Assembly: GCA_963710065.1 (NCBI GenBank)
Contig: CAVPYU010000001.1
Coordinates: forward strand, 84,705-148,704
Direction: 5' to 3'
DNA length: 64,000 nucleotides
Source: an uncultured Thermoleophilia bacterium
GTDB taxonomy: Bacteria; Actinomycetota; Thermoleophilia; Solirubrobacterales; CAVPYU01
How positions within the stretch are numbered: the first letter of the stretch is position 1; every line of letters begins with the position of its first letter. Below are positions 54,739 through 64,000 of the stretch, piece by piece. Both the position numbers and the translations under genes were made by a program. The notes under the pieces are model-generated. The model ran no database searches. It was not told the origin of the DNA and saw only the letters and a program-made list of their open reading frames with translations.

Positions 54739-55461
54739 TTAAGCTTCTTCTGTCTCACTGGTCTCATCTGAGCCTTGATCGGGCTCTTGCTGCTGATCGG
54801 CCTCATCGTCCGGTGCTGGTGGGTCTCCCTTCTCGGGTTCCTTGTCCTCCGTACCTTCTGGCTCCTCCGACTCTTCCGATTCCTTCTCTTCCCGCTCTTC
54901 AGGTTTCGCCTTTTCAGATTTCGGTTCCTCGACTGCCGGTTCCTCTGATTCACGTTTCTTCTGAAGATCAGCCAGCGCGGTTGCCAGTCCGCCGATCATC
55001 GAGTTAAGGCCCCGAACCAGTATGGTCAACGGCGAGGAGACCGCACCCACTAGCTGAGCCTGTAACTGATCCATCGCCGGTAGCTTGGCAAGTCGTGCTA
55101 GATCATCTGCTGTGACCTCTGAGCCATCCACAAATCCACCTCTGAATTGGATCACCTTCTCGTCACGGACAAATTTGTTTAGTGCTTTAGCAGCCATCAT
55201 CGCGTCTCCGCGTACAAATGTAAAAGCAGTCGGACCCTCTATGAGTGACTTGAGCTGTGGCTCGCCCGCTTTGTCGGCTGCAAGTTCAGTGAGCGAGTTT
55301 TTCACGATCCGAAATGTTGAGTCTGCCTCACGCAGTTTTGCACGGAGCTCGTTGATCTGAGGTACGTCAATACCACGATAGTCGACCGCGATCACGGACT
55401 GAGCTTCGCCGATCAGTGAAGCTACTGTCTCAACTGTCTCTTGTTTTTGTACTTTGTCCAT
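54739..55461 (-). CDS. rplJ: 50S ribosomal protein L10 with acidic C-terminal extension
   Basis: DYRG, VKNSL, GPTA, LAKLP. Confidence 0.96.
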   Translation of the reverse strand: MDKVQKQETVETVASLIGEAQSVIAVDYRGIDVPQINELRAKLREADSTFRIVKNSLTELAADKAGEPQLKSLIEGPTAFTFVRGDAMMAAKALNKFVRDEKVIQFRGGFVDGSEVTADDLARLAKLPAMDQLQAQLVGAVSSPLTILVRGLNSMIGGLATALADLQKKRESEEPAVEEPKSEKAKPEEREEKESEESEEPEGTEDKEPEKGDPPAPDDEADQQQEPDQGSDETSETEEA

Positions 55462-55488
55462 CTTCTTCTTTTACCTGTGATTTCCGTG

Positions 55489-55600
55489 AAAAAACCCGCA
55501 CATGGCGGGTAGGTAGAAAGTGTACTTTTACCAGTAACCCGCCTGATCCGGACTTATGCACTGACGTGCGCCAAACATCTTCGGCAAGTGTTTAATGCTT
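55489..55600 (-). ncRNA. L10 (rplJL) leader-like cis-regulatory RNA with terminator
   Basis: GCCGAAGA...GG..TAA..CC...CAGGC pattern upstream of rplJ, followed by CCCGC-CATGT-GCGGG-T6. Confidence 0.6.
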
Positions 55601-55617
55601 CCACGTGACTCTAGCCG

Positions 55618-56331
55618 CTAGGCAGTCGCCTCCTCAACAGTTTCGCTCTTCTTCAATGGATCAACCTTTACTCCGGGACCCATGGTAGTTGAAAGTGTAA
55701 TCGAGTTGATGTATCGACCCTTTGTAGCGGAAGGCTTAACTCTCACTATCTCGTCCACGAGAGCGGTGTAGTTCTCCAGCAGCTTTTGCTCGTCAAAGTC
55801 GGTGCGGCCGATGACTTGATGGACGTTGCCTCCACGGTCGGTGCGGTATTCCACCTTACCTGCTTTGGTCTCGGTTACGGCCTTTCCGATATCCTGCGTC
55901 ACGGTGCCGGCCTTCGGATTCGGCATCTTTCCCTGCGGGCCGAGAACTCTCCCCAACTTTCCTACCTTGGACATCAGATCCGGTGCCGCGATCACTATGT
56001 CGAAGTCTGTCCATCCGTCCTCTATCTTTTTCATGAGGTCGTCAGAGCCGACCTCATCAGCTCCTGCTTCCTCGGCTTCACGTGCCTTGTCGCCCTCAGC
56101 AATAACCACTACTTTGACATCGCGCCCTAGTCCGTGCGGCATCACCATCGTGCCGCGTACCTGTTCCTCCGCGTGACGGACGTCCACTCCCAATTGGATA
56201 TGAATCTCAACCGTCTCAGTGAAATTAGTCGATTGGAGTTGCTTCACCAGCGACACCGCTTCGACTGGTGAGTATTCCCGCTCTCGATCGACTTTTTCTA
56301 TCAATCCCTTGAATCGCTTGCCGCGTGCCAT
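55618..56331 (-). CDS. rplA: 50S ribosomal protein L1
   Basis: PHGLG, GRVLGP.GKMPNPK.GTV, TTMGPG. Confidence 0.97.
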   Translation of the reverse strand: MARGKRFKGLIEKVDREREYSPVEAVSLVKQLQSTNFTETVEIHIQLGVDVRHAEEQVRGTMVMPHGLGRDVKVVVIAEGDKAREAEEAGADEVGSDDLMKKIEDGWTDFDIVIAAPDLMSKVGKLGRVLGPQGKMPNPKAGTVTQDIGKAVTETKAGKVEYRTDRGGNVHQVIGRTDFDEQKLLENYTALVDEIVRVKPSATKGRYINSITLSTTMGPGVKVDPLKKSETVEEATA

Positions 56332-56379
56332 TAGAGATCACTCCCATAAGCACCTATGTGCATTGAGGCAGAGGTCATG

Positions 56380-56805
56380 CTACTCAACCACAACACCCAT
56401 CGACCGCGCCGTGCCTTCGATTATCTTCATCGCCTGATCCTCGTCGTGGGCGCTTAAATCCTCCATCTTGGTCTTTGCGATCTCCCTCACCTGATCAGCA
56501 TTGATCGTGCCGACCTTCTCCTTGTTCGGCTCGCCCGACCCTTTGTCGATTCCAGCCGCTTTTTTTATCAAAACAGCTGCAGGTGGAGTCTTTGTTATGA
56601 AATCAAATGATCGGTCCCGATAGACACTGATCTCGACTGGAATGATCGTTCCCGCATCAGCTTTTGTCTTTTCGTTGAACGCCTTGCAGAAGTCCATGAT
56701 GTTCAAGCCATGTTGACCAAGAGCAGGGCCGACAGGAGGCGCGGGATTGGCTCCACCGCCAGGAATCTGCAACTTGATAAGCGTTATGACTTCTTTCTGT
56801 GCCAT
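56380..56805 (-). CDS. rplK: 50S ribosomal protein L11
   Basis: [20 protein letters not shown]. Confidence 0.97.
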   Translation of the reverse strand: MAQKEVITLIKLQIPGGGANPAPPVGPALGQHGLNIMDFCKAFNEKTKADAGTIIPVEISVYRDRSFDFITKTPPAAVLIKKAAGIDKGSGEPNKEKVGTINADQVREIAKTKMEDLSAHDEDQAMKIIEGTARSMGVVVE

Positions 56806-56822
56806 CTCAAATAATTTTACAG

Positions 56823-57344
56823 CTAGATTTTCTTGACTTGGTCGAATCCGACCTCGACCGGTGTCTCACGACCAAATATCGAGACCAGTACCTTGAGCTT
56901 CGCAGCGTCGTTGTTTACCTCCGAGATCTCTCCACTGAAATCCGATAACGGGCCTGAAACTACCTTAACGCTCTCTCCAACAGAGAACTGCGCACGTACG
57001 CGTGGTCGCTCAGCGGTCTCACGGTGTAGCATACGGTCGACTTCAGACTTTGTGAGCGGCACAGGCTCATCCCTAGACCCAACGAACCCTGTTACGCCAG
57101 GAGTGCCCTTGACGACGCCCCATGAATCGTCGCTCATCTCCATGTTCACAAGCACATAGCCCGGCATCGTGCGTTTCTCAACCTGGATCTTCTGTCCATC
57201 CTTGATCTCCGAAACCTGTTCCGTCGGCACAACGACCTGTCGAACCTTTTCCTGCTGCTTCATGAAGAGAGCTCGATGCTCAAGGTTCTGCTTGACCTTG
57301 TTCTCATGACCAGAGTATGTGTTTATTACGTACCAGCGAAACAT
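56823..57344 (-). CDS. nusG: Transcription termination/antitermination factor NusG
   Basis: [26 protein letters not shown]. Confidence 0.97.
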   Translation of the reverse strand: MFRWYVINTYSGHENKVKQNLEHRALFMKQQEKVRQVVVPTEQVSEIKDGQKIQVEKRTMPGYVLVNMEMSDDSWGVVKGTPGVTGFVGSRDEPVPLTKSEVDRMLHRETAERPRVRAQFSVGESVKVVSGPLSDFSGEISEVNNDAAKLKVLVSIFGRETPVEVGFDQVKKI

Positions 57345-57378
57345 CTTGCCTATTCCTCAACCCGTTCTAAATAGCTCT

Positions 57379-57783
57379 CTATAACAGCGCTTTAACAATA
57401 GTGCTCCACACGTAGTCCCACACTCCCAAGTACAGGCCAGCTATTGCGCATGCGACAAATACAGCTGCCGTTCCTTGCGCAAGTGTGGCTCTGTCCGGCC
57501 ACTGTACCCGCTTGAGTTCGCTACGGACTTCGATGAAGAATGTTAAGACTTTACCGTGTCGCGGGCCAGCTTCGCGCTCTTTAGGTCTCGATTTGGCTTG
57601 AGGCGCGACTTCTGGCTCGGGTGCCTGCTTGGGTTCCGGCGCCTCTACCACCTCGTTCATTTTTTCCTCGGCACCTGCGGTTGGCTCCTGTCGCTCAACC
57701 TCCCGACCCGATGGTTGAGCTTGTTGTTGATGCTTACGCTGTTTAGCCTTTCGCCGCTTCGCCCGCTTTCTGTCTCTTGCCAC
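57379..57783 (-). CDS. secE: Preprotein translocase SecE with charged N-terminal extension
   Basis: ELKRVQWP then one TM helix; GTG overlapping rpmG stop (TAGTG). Confidence 0.92.
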   Translation of the reverse strand: MARDRKRAKRRKAKQRKHQQQAQPSGREVERQEPTAGAEEKMNEVVEAPEPKQAPEPEVAPQAKSRPKEREAGPRHGKVLTFFIEVRSELKRVQWPDRATLAQGTAAVFVACAIAGLYLGVWDYVWSTIVKALL

Positions 57784-57947
57784 TACCTGGTCTCCTTGTG
57801 CGACGTGTGTTTTCCGCACCAACGACAGTACTTTCGCATCTGAATGCGATCGGGATTATTTCGTTTACTTTTTGTTGTGTCGTAGTTTCTTCGCTTGCAT
57901 TCTTCGCATGCAAGCTTCACTAGAACACGTACATCTCCTCTAGCCAT
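57783..57947 (-). CDS. rpmG: 50S ribosomal protein L33 (Zn-binding type)
   Basis: Manual translation: [54 protein letters not shown]. Confidence 0.95.
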   Translation of the reverse strand: MARGDVRVLVKLACEECKRRNYDTTKSKRNNPDRIQMRKYCRWCGKHTSHKETR

Positions 57948-57954
57948 GTACCTA

Positions 57955-58896
57955 TTAAAGCTGATGAAAGCTCTCGTTGGCCTCTTCTTCCGGATCTACG
58001 TGAACTATTGCAGCACCTAAATGTGGGATTTCCTCGATCAATTTTCTCCTTACAAGCTTCGCTGTTTCATGTCCTTGAGCAACCGTTACCCCCGATGCAA
58101 CGGCCACATTTACTTCGGTATGTACATTGTGGCCTACCCAGCGTGCCCTCACCTCTCCGACCTCGACGACGCCATCGGTTGATGAAGCTACATCCTGGAT
58201 CCGGTCGACGGTTTCAGGTTCGATCGCATCCAGTGCTCTCAGTCCCACGTCACGGGCCGTATGCACAACGATTCGTAAGATCGCCATCGTGATCAGGAGG
58301 CCTACGATGGGATCGGCCAACTTGAATCCCATCGCCACACCCGCAGCTCCGATGACGACAGCCAAAGATGTGAGGCCATCGACGCGCGCGTGCTTACCAT
58401 CCGCGATCAACGCAGCCGATCCGATCTCACGTCCGACCCTGATTCGATAAACAGCGACGGCTTCGTTGCCGACAAAGCCAACGAAGCCTGCCAGAGCAAC
58501 GACCCCCAGCAACGATGGCTCTTTTGGGTTTAACAACCGATCTATCGATTCGTAACCGGCGAAGATCGCACTGAAGAGAATCAGGGTGACTATCAGCATG
58601 CCCGCAATGTCCTCACTTCGGCTGAGCCCATAGGTGAATCTGCGCGTTGAAGATCGCCTGCCAAGGTAAAAGGCAGCAGCAAGCGGTAGTGCTGTCAGCG
58701 CATCGCCAACGTTATGAATTGTGTCGGCAAGCAATGCAACCGAGCCGGTGAGACCGACGACGACAGCCTGAAGCAGCGCTGTCGCCATAAGTGCGGCAAA
58801 AGAGATCTTGACTGCCCAGATACCACGATCCGATTTCCACAGCTCCGCATCCGCCTGCGTATGCGAGTGTCTGTGACCGTGCTCAGCGCCACTCAT
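57955..58896 (-). CDS. Cation diffusion facilitator (CDF) family transporter
   Basis: His-rich N-terminus, [21 protein letters not shown]-terminal HVDP. Confidence 0.92.
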   Translation of the reverse strand: MSGAEHGHRHSHTQADAELWKSDRGIWAVKISFAALMATALLQAVVVGLTGSVALLADTIHNVGDALTALPLAAAFYLGRRSSTRRFTYGLSRSEDIAGMLIVTLILFSAIFAGYESIDRLLNPKEPSLLGVVALAGFVGFVGNEAVAVYRIRVGREIGSAALIADGKHARVDGLTSLAVVIGAAGVAMGFKLADPIVGLLITMAILRIVVHTARDVGLRALDAIEPETVDRIQDVASSTDGVVEVGEVRARWVGHNVHTEVNVAVASGVTVAQGHETAKLVRRKLIEEIPHLGAAIVHVDPEEEANESFHQL

Positions 58897-58919
58897 ACCC
58901 GAGAATCTACCTCAATTTG
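58895..58919. promoter_or_regulatory. IscR/Rrf2-like 25-bp box overlapping the CDF -10 (TAGATT) and start codon
   Basis: ATACCC GAG AATCTAC CTC AATTTG, similar to the box at 58954. Confidence 0.45.
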
Positions 58920-58953
58920 CCTGCAAACGCATTGTCCGTACTGATTTCTCTGG

Positions 58954-59035
58954 ATACCCGACAAATCTACTCGGAATTTGTTAGGGTAACCTAATTAGGG
59001 TACCCTAATATTATCCTACTGAGTTAGTCGGATTA
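58954..59035. promoter_or_regulatory. Composite operator: Rrf2-like box, two DtxR-like 14-mers, Rrf2-like box
   Basis: ATACCCGAC-N7-CTCGGAATT / TG / TTAGGGTAACCTAA TTAGGGTACCCTAA / TA / TTATCCTAC-N7-GTCGGATTA. Confidence 0.7.
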
Positions 59036-59120
59036 GCGGTGTGGCTTAAACCGTGGCAAGCCGTGTTCAAGCGGCCCAAACGGAGCTCTCACCGCAGACT
59101 TAACGTGTGGAGGCACACGG

Positions 59121-59390
59121 ATGTTACAACTGATTGATCTACAAGACGGAGAAAAAGCCGAGGTATTGACGACGTACGTTAAAAATCGTACAGACTCGCA
59201 CAGCGAAAGATCCAGAGGACTAGCTAAGTCACAGCTCAGAGCCGGGGAGATGGGCCTGCGACCTGGTTCGACAATTGAGGTTCTCAGTCGCAGAACTAAA
59301 GGACCACTACTAGTTGAGTCGGGGAACTTAAAAATTGCAATCAGCCACAGTATGGCAACGGAGATGACCGTCAGGAGAATTCTCAATTGA
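59121..59390 (+). CDS. feoA: Ferrous iron transport protein A
   Basis: MGLRPG...GPLLV...IAI FeoA SH3-like pattern. Confidence 0.8.
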   Translation: MLQLIDLQDGEKAEVLTTYVKNRTDSHSERSRGLAKSQLRAGEMGLRPGSTIEVLSRRTKGPLLVESGNLKIAISHSMATEMTVRRILN

Positions 59391-59608
59391 GGCTATCCAC
59401 ATTAAAGCCAGGCGAACGCGGAACGATCACGAAGATCGACGCCAAGGGTCGAATGAAGAGAAGACTCTCAGACATGGGCGTATTGGTCGGCGAAAACATA
59501 AAAGTCGAGAGAATTGCACCGCTTGGTGGTCCGATAAAGGTAACAATAAAAAACTACAGCCTGTCTTTCAGAAAAAGTGAAGCTGAAAATATCACCGTAG
59601 AAGTTTAA
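59387..59608 (+). CDS. feoA: Ferrous iron transport protein A (second copy)
   Basis: RRLSDMG, APLGGPI, L.FRKSEA. Confidence 0.92.
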   Translation: MRLSTLKPGERGTITKIDAKGRMKRRLSDMGVLVGENIKVERIAPLGGPIKVTIKNYSLSFRKSEAENITVEV

Positions 59609-59660
59609 AAGGTTTATTTATTCGCATCAGAATATTTTAATTACGTAAAAAGGTCTAAAT

Positions 59661-61838
59661 ATGCAGCAATTAACGGTTGCAGTTGCAGGTAACCCCAACT
59701 CCGGCAAAACGACGTTGATCAACGCCATCGCTGGAACACGATTGCAAGTTGGTAATTGGCCAGGTGTAACGATCGAAAAAAGAGATGCCGTGTTTGATTA
59801 CAAAGGCAGAACAATCAAGCTGGTTGACTTGCCCGGTACGTACAGTCTCAGCCCGTATACAGAGGAAGAGAAGATAGCGCGCGACTACCTGGTCAACGAT
59901 AGTCCGGATGTGATCGTAGATGTCATTGATTCGACGAACCTTGAGCGCAATCTCTACCTTGCTTTACAGCTAATTGAGATGGAGATCCCATTAATACTAG
60001 CTCTCAATATCTATGACGAAGTAGAAAGATCCGGTGAGAAGATTGATATCCCAGCGATGGAAGAGTTGCTGGGTATAAAAGTAACTAAGACTGTTTCTAC
60101 CAAGAAGAAGGGAATTGAGAAACTGCTAGATCGTGTAGTTGAACTTGCCGATGATCCAGCTTCTCACAAGCCAAAGCTTTTGAACTATGGTGAAACGATT
60201 GAACCTGCGTTAGATCTCATTGAAAATAACGTTGAACATGCCTTCCCCACGCTTGCCGAGAGATATCCAAGCAGATGGCTCAGCATCAAGCTATTGGAAA
60301 AAGATAGTCACGTATTGGAAGAGGCCAACCTCAGTGAAGAACAAGCCATTTCACTTATAGACGACTCTGTTCAACGTCTAGAAGAAGAGTACGGCGACGA
60401 TCCTGAAACAGTTGTCGCGAATGAAAGATATGCCTTATCCGCCGGCCTGACGCATGCGGTCTTGAAACGGCCGATGTTTAAAAGGGCCGGATTGACTAAG
60501 CAGGTCGACCAGATAGTGCTGAACAGGATTCTCGGTGTGCCTATCTTTCTTGCAGCTATGTGGCTCGTCTTTAAAATAGCATTCGACTTATCGACCCCCT
60601 TTGTCGACTGGGTCGATCAGCTGTTCACCGGCCCTGTCTCCAGATATGCGGAGACGTCGTTGAGCTTTTTCGGTGCCAGGGAGTGGATGATCTCTCTCGT
60701 TACAGACGGGGTCATCGCGGGAGTTGGTTTCGTTCTCACGTTCGTGCCTGTCATCGGCGCAATCATGTTCTTCCTAACCCTGCTTGAGGGCAGCGGCTAC
60801 ATGGCAAGAGCTGCCTTCGTGATGGACAGAGCCATGCACTCGATGGGTCTGCACGGTAAGTCCTTCATTCCGATGATTCTCGGTTTCGGTTGCAACGTCC
60901 CCGCCATCTACGCAACAAGAACACTGGATAATCCAAGAGACAAGGTACTTACGGGTCTTCTAATTCCTCTCATGTCGTGCAGCGCAAGGCTGCCGGTGTA
61001 TGTCCTTTTCGTTGGTGCATTTTTCGCCGCTCACTCCGGCACGGTTCTTTGGTCTCTATACGTTCTGGGGATTGCCATGGCCGTGTTAATGGGAGTCATA
61101 TTTAAAAGAACCCTCTTTAGGGGAAAGCCGCCACTATTTATTATGGAGCTTCCGCCTTACAGGTTACCCACGATCAATGGCCTCATGATACACACGTGGG
61201 AAAAGGTCAAGCACTTTATTGTCAAGGCCGGCACAATTATTCTTGCGGTTTCAATAATCGTATGGTCCCTTCTTAATCTTCCCCCGGGAGTCGATCAGAC
61301 GAAAGACTCCTATCTCGCCGAGGTAGGCGGAGTGGCAGCTCCCGTGTTCAAGCCCCTGGGGTTCGGAAATTGGGAGGCGGCATCCTCTCTCATCACGGGA
61401 ATATCTGCAAAAGAGGTGGTCGTCAGCACGATGGGAGAGATCTATGTTGAGCCCGACAATGGCAGAAAATCCGTGGATACGCCAACGATTGGAGAGGATT
61501 TAAAAGAGATAGGGTCATCATTTTTATTCGCTGCTAAGGACTCAGTTGTGAACGTCTTCTCCACGCTCAGGATTACAAGTATTACTGGAGATGAAAGCGA
61601 GCAGCGTCAGGGATTGAAATCTAAAATCCAGGGATCGTTCTCGCCGCTGAGTGCATACGCCTTCATGGTCTTTGTCCTCCTGTACACGCCCTGCGTGGCT
61701 GCGTTGATGTCACTGAGACAGGAGTTCGGAAGGTGGAGGTGGCCGGGATTTTCCGTTGCTTATCAGATGACCCTGGCTTGGAGCACGGCGTTTGTCGTCT
61801 ATCAGGGTGGAACTCTGCTTGGTATAGGAGGCTCTTAG
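59661..61838 (+). CDS. feoB: Ferrous iron transport protein B
   Basis: GNPNSGKT, VGNWPGVT, DLPGTYS, GFGCNVP, MSCSARLP, LYTPC. Confidence 0.97.
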   Translation: MQQLTVAVAGNPNSGKTTLINAIAGTRLQVGNWPGVTIEKRDAVFDYKGRTIKLVDLPGTYSLSPYTEEEKIARDYLVNDSPDVIVDVIDSTNLERNLYLALQLIEMEIPLILALNIYDEVERSGEKIDIPAMEELLGIKVTKTVSTKKKGIEKLLDRVVELADDPASHKPKLLNYGETIEPALDLIENNVEHAFPTLAERYPSRWLSIKLLEKDSHVLEEANLSEEQAISLIDDSVQRLEEEYGDDPETVVANERYALSAGLTHAVLKRPMFKRAGLTKQVDQIVLNRILGVPIFLAAMWLVFKIAFDLSTPFVDWVDQLFTGPVSRYAETSLSFFGAREWMISLVTDGVIAGVGFVLTFVPVIGAIMFFLTLLEGSGYMARAAFVMDRAMHSMGLHGKSFIPMILGFGCNVPAIYATRTLDNPRDKVLTGLLIPLMSCSARLPVYVLFVGAFFAAHSGTVLWSLYVLGIAMAVLMGVIFKRTLFRGKPPLFIMELPPYRLPTINGLMIHTWEKVKHFIVKAGTIILAVSIIVWSLLNLPPGVDQTKDSYLAEVGGVAAPVFKPLGFGNWEAASSLITGISAKEVVVSTMGEIYVEPDNGRKSVDTPTIGEDLKEIGSSFLFAAKDSVVNVFSTLRITSITGDESEQRQGLKSKIQGSFSPLSAYAFMVFVLLYTPCVAALMSLRQEFGRWRWPGFSVAYQMTLAWSTAFVVYQGGTLLGIGGS

Positions 61839-62017
61839 TGGATTCAATAGACATAGCAGTGGCAGTGATAGTTGCTGGATTTGCCCTATTTCTTCTCTAC
61901 AGGTCCTTCTGGAAGAAAGGGGGCGCGTGTTCAGGGTGCGAGGTATCGGACTGTGACCTAAAAACATACGAGAGATGTGATTCGCCCGACAAGCAGGTCG
62001 AGTGGTCCAGACAATAG
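61838..62017 (+). CDS. FeoB-associated Cys-rich membrane protein
   Basis: GTG overlapping feoB stop; TM helix then GACSGC...C. Confidence 0.8.
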   Translation: MDSIDIAVAVIVAGFALFLLYRSFWKKGGACSGCEVSDCDLKTYERCDSPDKQVEWSRQ

Positions 62018-62032
62018 GCCGCCGCAGACCGT

Positions 62033-62100
62033 ATACCCGACAAGAACGGTCGGAATATGTTAGGGTGCCCTAATAATTCCCGACTAAAGAGGTCGGATTT
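62033..62100. promoter_or_regulatory. Composite operator: Rrf2-like box, DtxR-like 14-mer, Rrf2-like box
   Basis: ATACCCGAC-N7-GTCGGAATA / TG / TTAGGGTGCCCTAA / TA / ATTCCCGAC-N7-GTCGGATTT. Confidence 0.7.
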
Positions 62101-62187
62101 TCTAGCTACACGCCTAGGCAGGGTCCTGCAGATGCGAAACGTCAAATTGAATCGATTATGGACCAATCGTCCGAAGGGAGACAACAA

Positions 62188-63240
62188 ATGTCTAAAAGAC
62201 TGATCCTTTTCATCACCTCCGCATTCGTCTTTGTGGTGATCGCGCTTGCAGCCTGCGGCGGAGACGACAATGGCGATAAAAGTTCAACGACAACCACAGA
62301 GGCAAAGAAGGGTGGAACATTGACCGTTTACTCGGGCCGTGAAGAGGAGTATGTTGGCCCACTTTTCAAACGGTTTGAGAAAGACACAGGAGTTGATTTG
62401 AAGGTGCGGTACGGAGACTCGGCAGAGCTTGCCCAGACGATCATCGAAGAGGGTAAGAACAGCCCAGCAGACGCCTTTTTCTCTCAGGATGCCAGTGCAC
62501 TGGGCCTACTGCAAAAGGAGGGACTGCTCGCCGAGCTCGACGAGACAGTGCTCGAGAAGGTGCCAAAGAAGTTCCGATCCAAGGAGGGTAGGTGGATCGG
62601 CACCTCAGGACGAGCACGGATCGTCGCCTACAACCGTGAGAAGCTGACGGAGAAGGACCTTCCAGATTCGATCCTGGGTTTCACGGATGAGAAGTGGAAG
62701 GGGCGGATAGGTTGGGCACCTCCGAACGCCTCCTTCCAGTCGTTTGTAACTGCACTCCGAAAGACTGAGGGAGAAAAGGGTGCCGAGGACTGGCTGGTCG
62801 GCATCCGTGAGAACGGCGTTCAAGAGTATCCGGAAAACACACCGATCAGAGATGCGATCGCAAGCGGGGAGATCGACGTTGGCTTTATCAACCACTACTA
62901 CGTTGCCCAGGCGTATGAGGAAGAGGGCGATGACTATCCGGTCGGTATCTTCTACCCCAAGGGCGGCGATGCGGGAGCTCTGATAAATGTGGCAGGTATC
63001 GGCATAGTCTCCAGCACGAAGGACGTTGATACAGCGCAGAAGCTGGTGAACTACCTGCTGTCTAAAAAAACACAGCAGTACTTCGCAACGGAGATCAACG
63101 AGTACCCGATAGCTGCCGGAGTCGAGGCCGATCCAAGTATCGTTCCTCTCGATCAGATTGAACAGCCGGAGATCGACCTGTCAAACCTTGATGACCTTAA
63201 GGGAACGGTAACGCTGCTGGAAAAGACAGACGTTCTATAG
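62188..63240 (+). CDS. Fe3+ ABC transporter substrate-binding lipoprotein (FbpA/FutA family)
   Basis: Lipobox LAAC, LTVYSGR, EG..SPAD, NHYY iron-binding tyrosines. Confidence 0.9.
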   Translation: MSKRLILFITSAFVFVVIALAACGGDDNGDKSSTTTTEAKKGGTLTVYSGREEEYVGPLFKRFEKDTGVDLKVRYGDSAELAQTIIEEGKNSPADAFFSQDASALGLLQKEGLLAELDETVLEKVPKKFRSKEGRWIGTSGRARIVAYNREKLTEKDLPDSILGFTDEKWKGRIGWAPPNASFQSFVTALRKTEGEKGAEDWLVGIRENGVQEYPENTPIRDAIASGEIDVGFINHYYVAQAYEEEGDDYPVGIFYPKGGDAGALINVAGIGIVSSTKDVDTAQKLVNYLLSKKTQQYFATEINEYPIAAGVEADPSIVPLDQIEQPEIDLSNLDDLKGTVTLLEKTDVL

Positions 63241-63278
63241 TGCCTGTCCCTGTAGGAGGGATGGGCTCATAAGGAGGG

Positions 63279-64000
63279 ATGCAAGTACGGGGCAACGGAC
63301 AACAAGTTGCCGACACGGTATTCGGTGGCGTTGCACGATTAAGGCAACGCCACCGTCCTCCTCTGGTGTTATTTCTGGTCGGTGTCATTCTGGCGCTGGC
63401 TTTTGCGCTACCGTTTATCTACCTGCTGATCGTCGTTGGGCAGTCTCCAGCAAATGCCTGGGATGCCGTGTGGCGCCCCCGAACACTACATCTGTTTATT
63501 CGTAGTGCAGGGCTGGCAGCTGCCGTTACAGCGACAACGATCGCGATCGCCGTACCTGCAGCATGGCTGACGACACGAACCGACCTACCGGGCAAGAACT
63601 TCTGGTCGGTCATCCTATCGTTGCCATTAGTGATCCCAAGCTACATCGGTGCCTACCTGCTGATCTCAGCCATGGGTCCGCGCGGACTCGCACAAAGCCT
63701 GTTGGAGGGACCGTTCGGGATTGAGAGGCTGCCCCCCATATACGGTTTTTTCGGCGCCTGGATGGTCTTGACCCTGTTCACCTACCCGTATGTGCTTCTA
63801 CCCGTGCGCACGGTCCTTGCACGACTAAACCCACAACTCGAAGAGGCAGCAATGGGTATGGGCCGATCGCCCTGGGCTGCCTTTCGTACCGTCGTCCTTC
63901 CACAGCTGGTCCCTGCGATCGGTGCGGGTGGTCTACTGGTTGCCCTCTACGCTCTCAGTGACTTCGGCGCCGTATCGCTGATGAGATTCGACTCGTTCAC
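63279..64000 (+). CDS. Fe3+ ABC transporter permease (FbpB/FutB family), partial
   Basis: Manual translation: RTDLPG..LPLVIPSYIGA..EEAA..G..LSDFGAVS; no stop before window end. Confidence 0.88.
   Translation, partial: MQVRGNGQQVADTVFGGVARLRQRHRPPLVLFLVGVILALAFALPFIYLLIVVGQSPANAWDAVWRPRTLHLFIRSAGLAAAVTATTIAIAVPAAWLTTRTDLPGKNFWSVILSLPLVIPSYIGAYLLISAMGPRGLAQSLLEGPFGIERLPPIYGFFGAWMVLTLFTYPYVLLPVRTVLARLNPQLEEAAMGMGRSPWAAFRTVVLPQLVPAIGAGGLLVALYALSDFGAVSLMRFDSF

Noticed and set aside
63242-63281. Mini-ORF ATG GGC TCA TAA with duplicated AGGAGGGATG before the permease
   Set aside because: The first copy lies within a stem-loop (GCCTGTCCCT/AGGGATGGGC), better explained as an ordinary intercistronic hairpin after a binding-protein gene.

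Overview
Core-genome segment of an actinobacterium, most likely Thermoleophilia/Solirubrobacterales-like. This is inferred from the RpoC N-terminal insertion, the L15/S12/Adk sequence style, and many -10-only leaderless-looking starts. 1-25 kb is a mixed accessory/metabolic region: bioA, NUDIX, three tandem GGxGxD Ca-binding repeat genes (first degenerate), thiolase, secreted GH2, arsR-arsM, a small tRNA-Pro(CGG)-anchored islet with an AAA/DUF4143 gene and structured repeats, Nif3, FadD, an HNH-repeat/AraC fusion, patatin, dacB, ligA, surE. 25.4-58 kb is the minus-strand rpmG-secE-nusG-rplKAJL-rpoBC-str-S10-spc-alpha supercluster. It lacks rpmD and infA at their usual positions, and many proteins carry long charged extensions. 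58-64 kb holds a CDF transporter divergent from feoA-feoA-feoB and an Fe3+ ABC transporter. Most notable signals: (i) a composite operator (IscR/Rrf2-like 25-mer, DtxR-like 14-mer, IscR/Rrf2-like 25-mer) with identical spacing at both iron-uptake promoters; (ii) the tRNA-Pro islet with an att remnant, tandem tRNA-fragment units and inserted twin-hairpin modules; (iii) a dispersed two-unit structured repeat with covariation, one copy sitting where infA usually lies; (iv) a candidate attenuator upstream of fusA. Single-base indels in rpoB, rpoA and fadD look like homopolymer sequencing errors. No database searches were possible; family assignments rest on recognised motifs.
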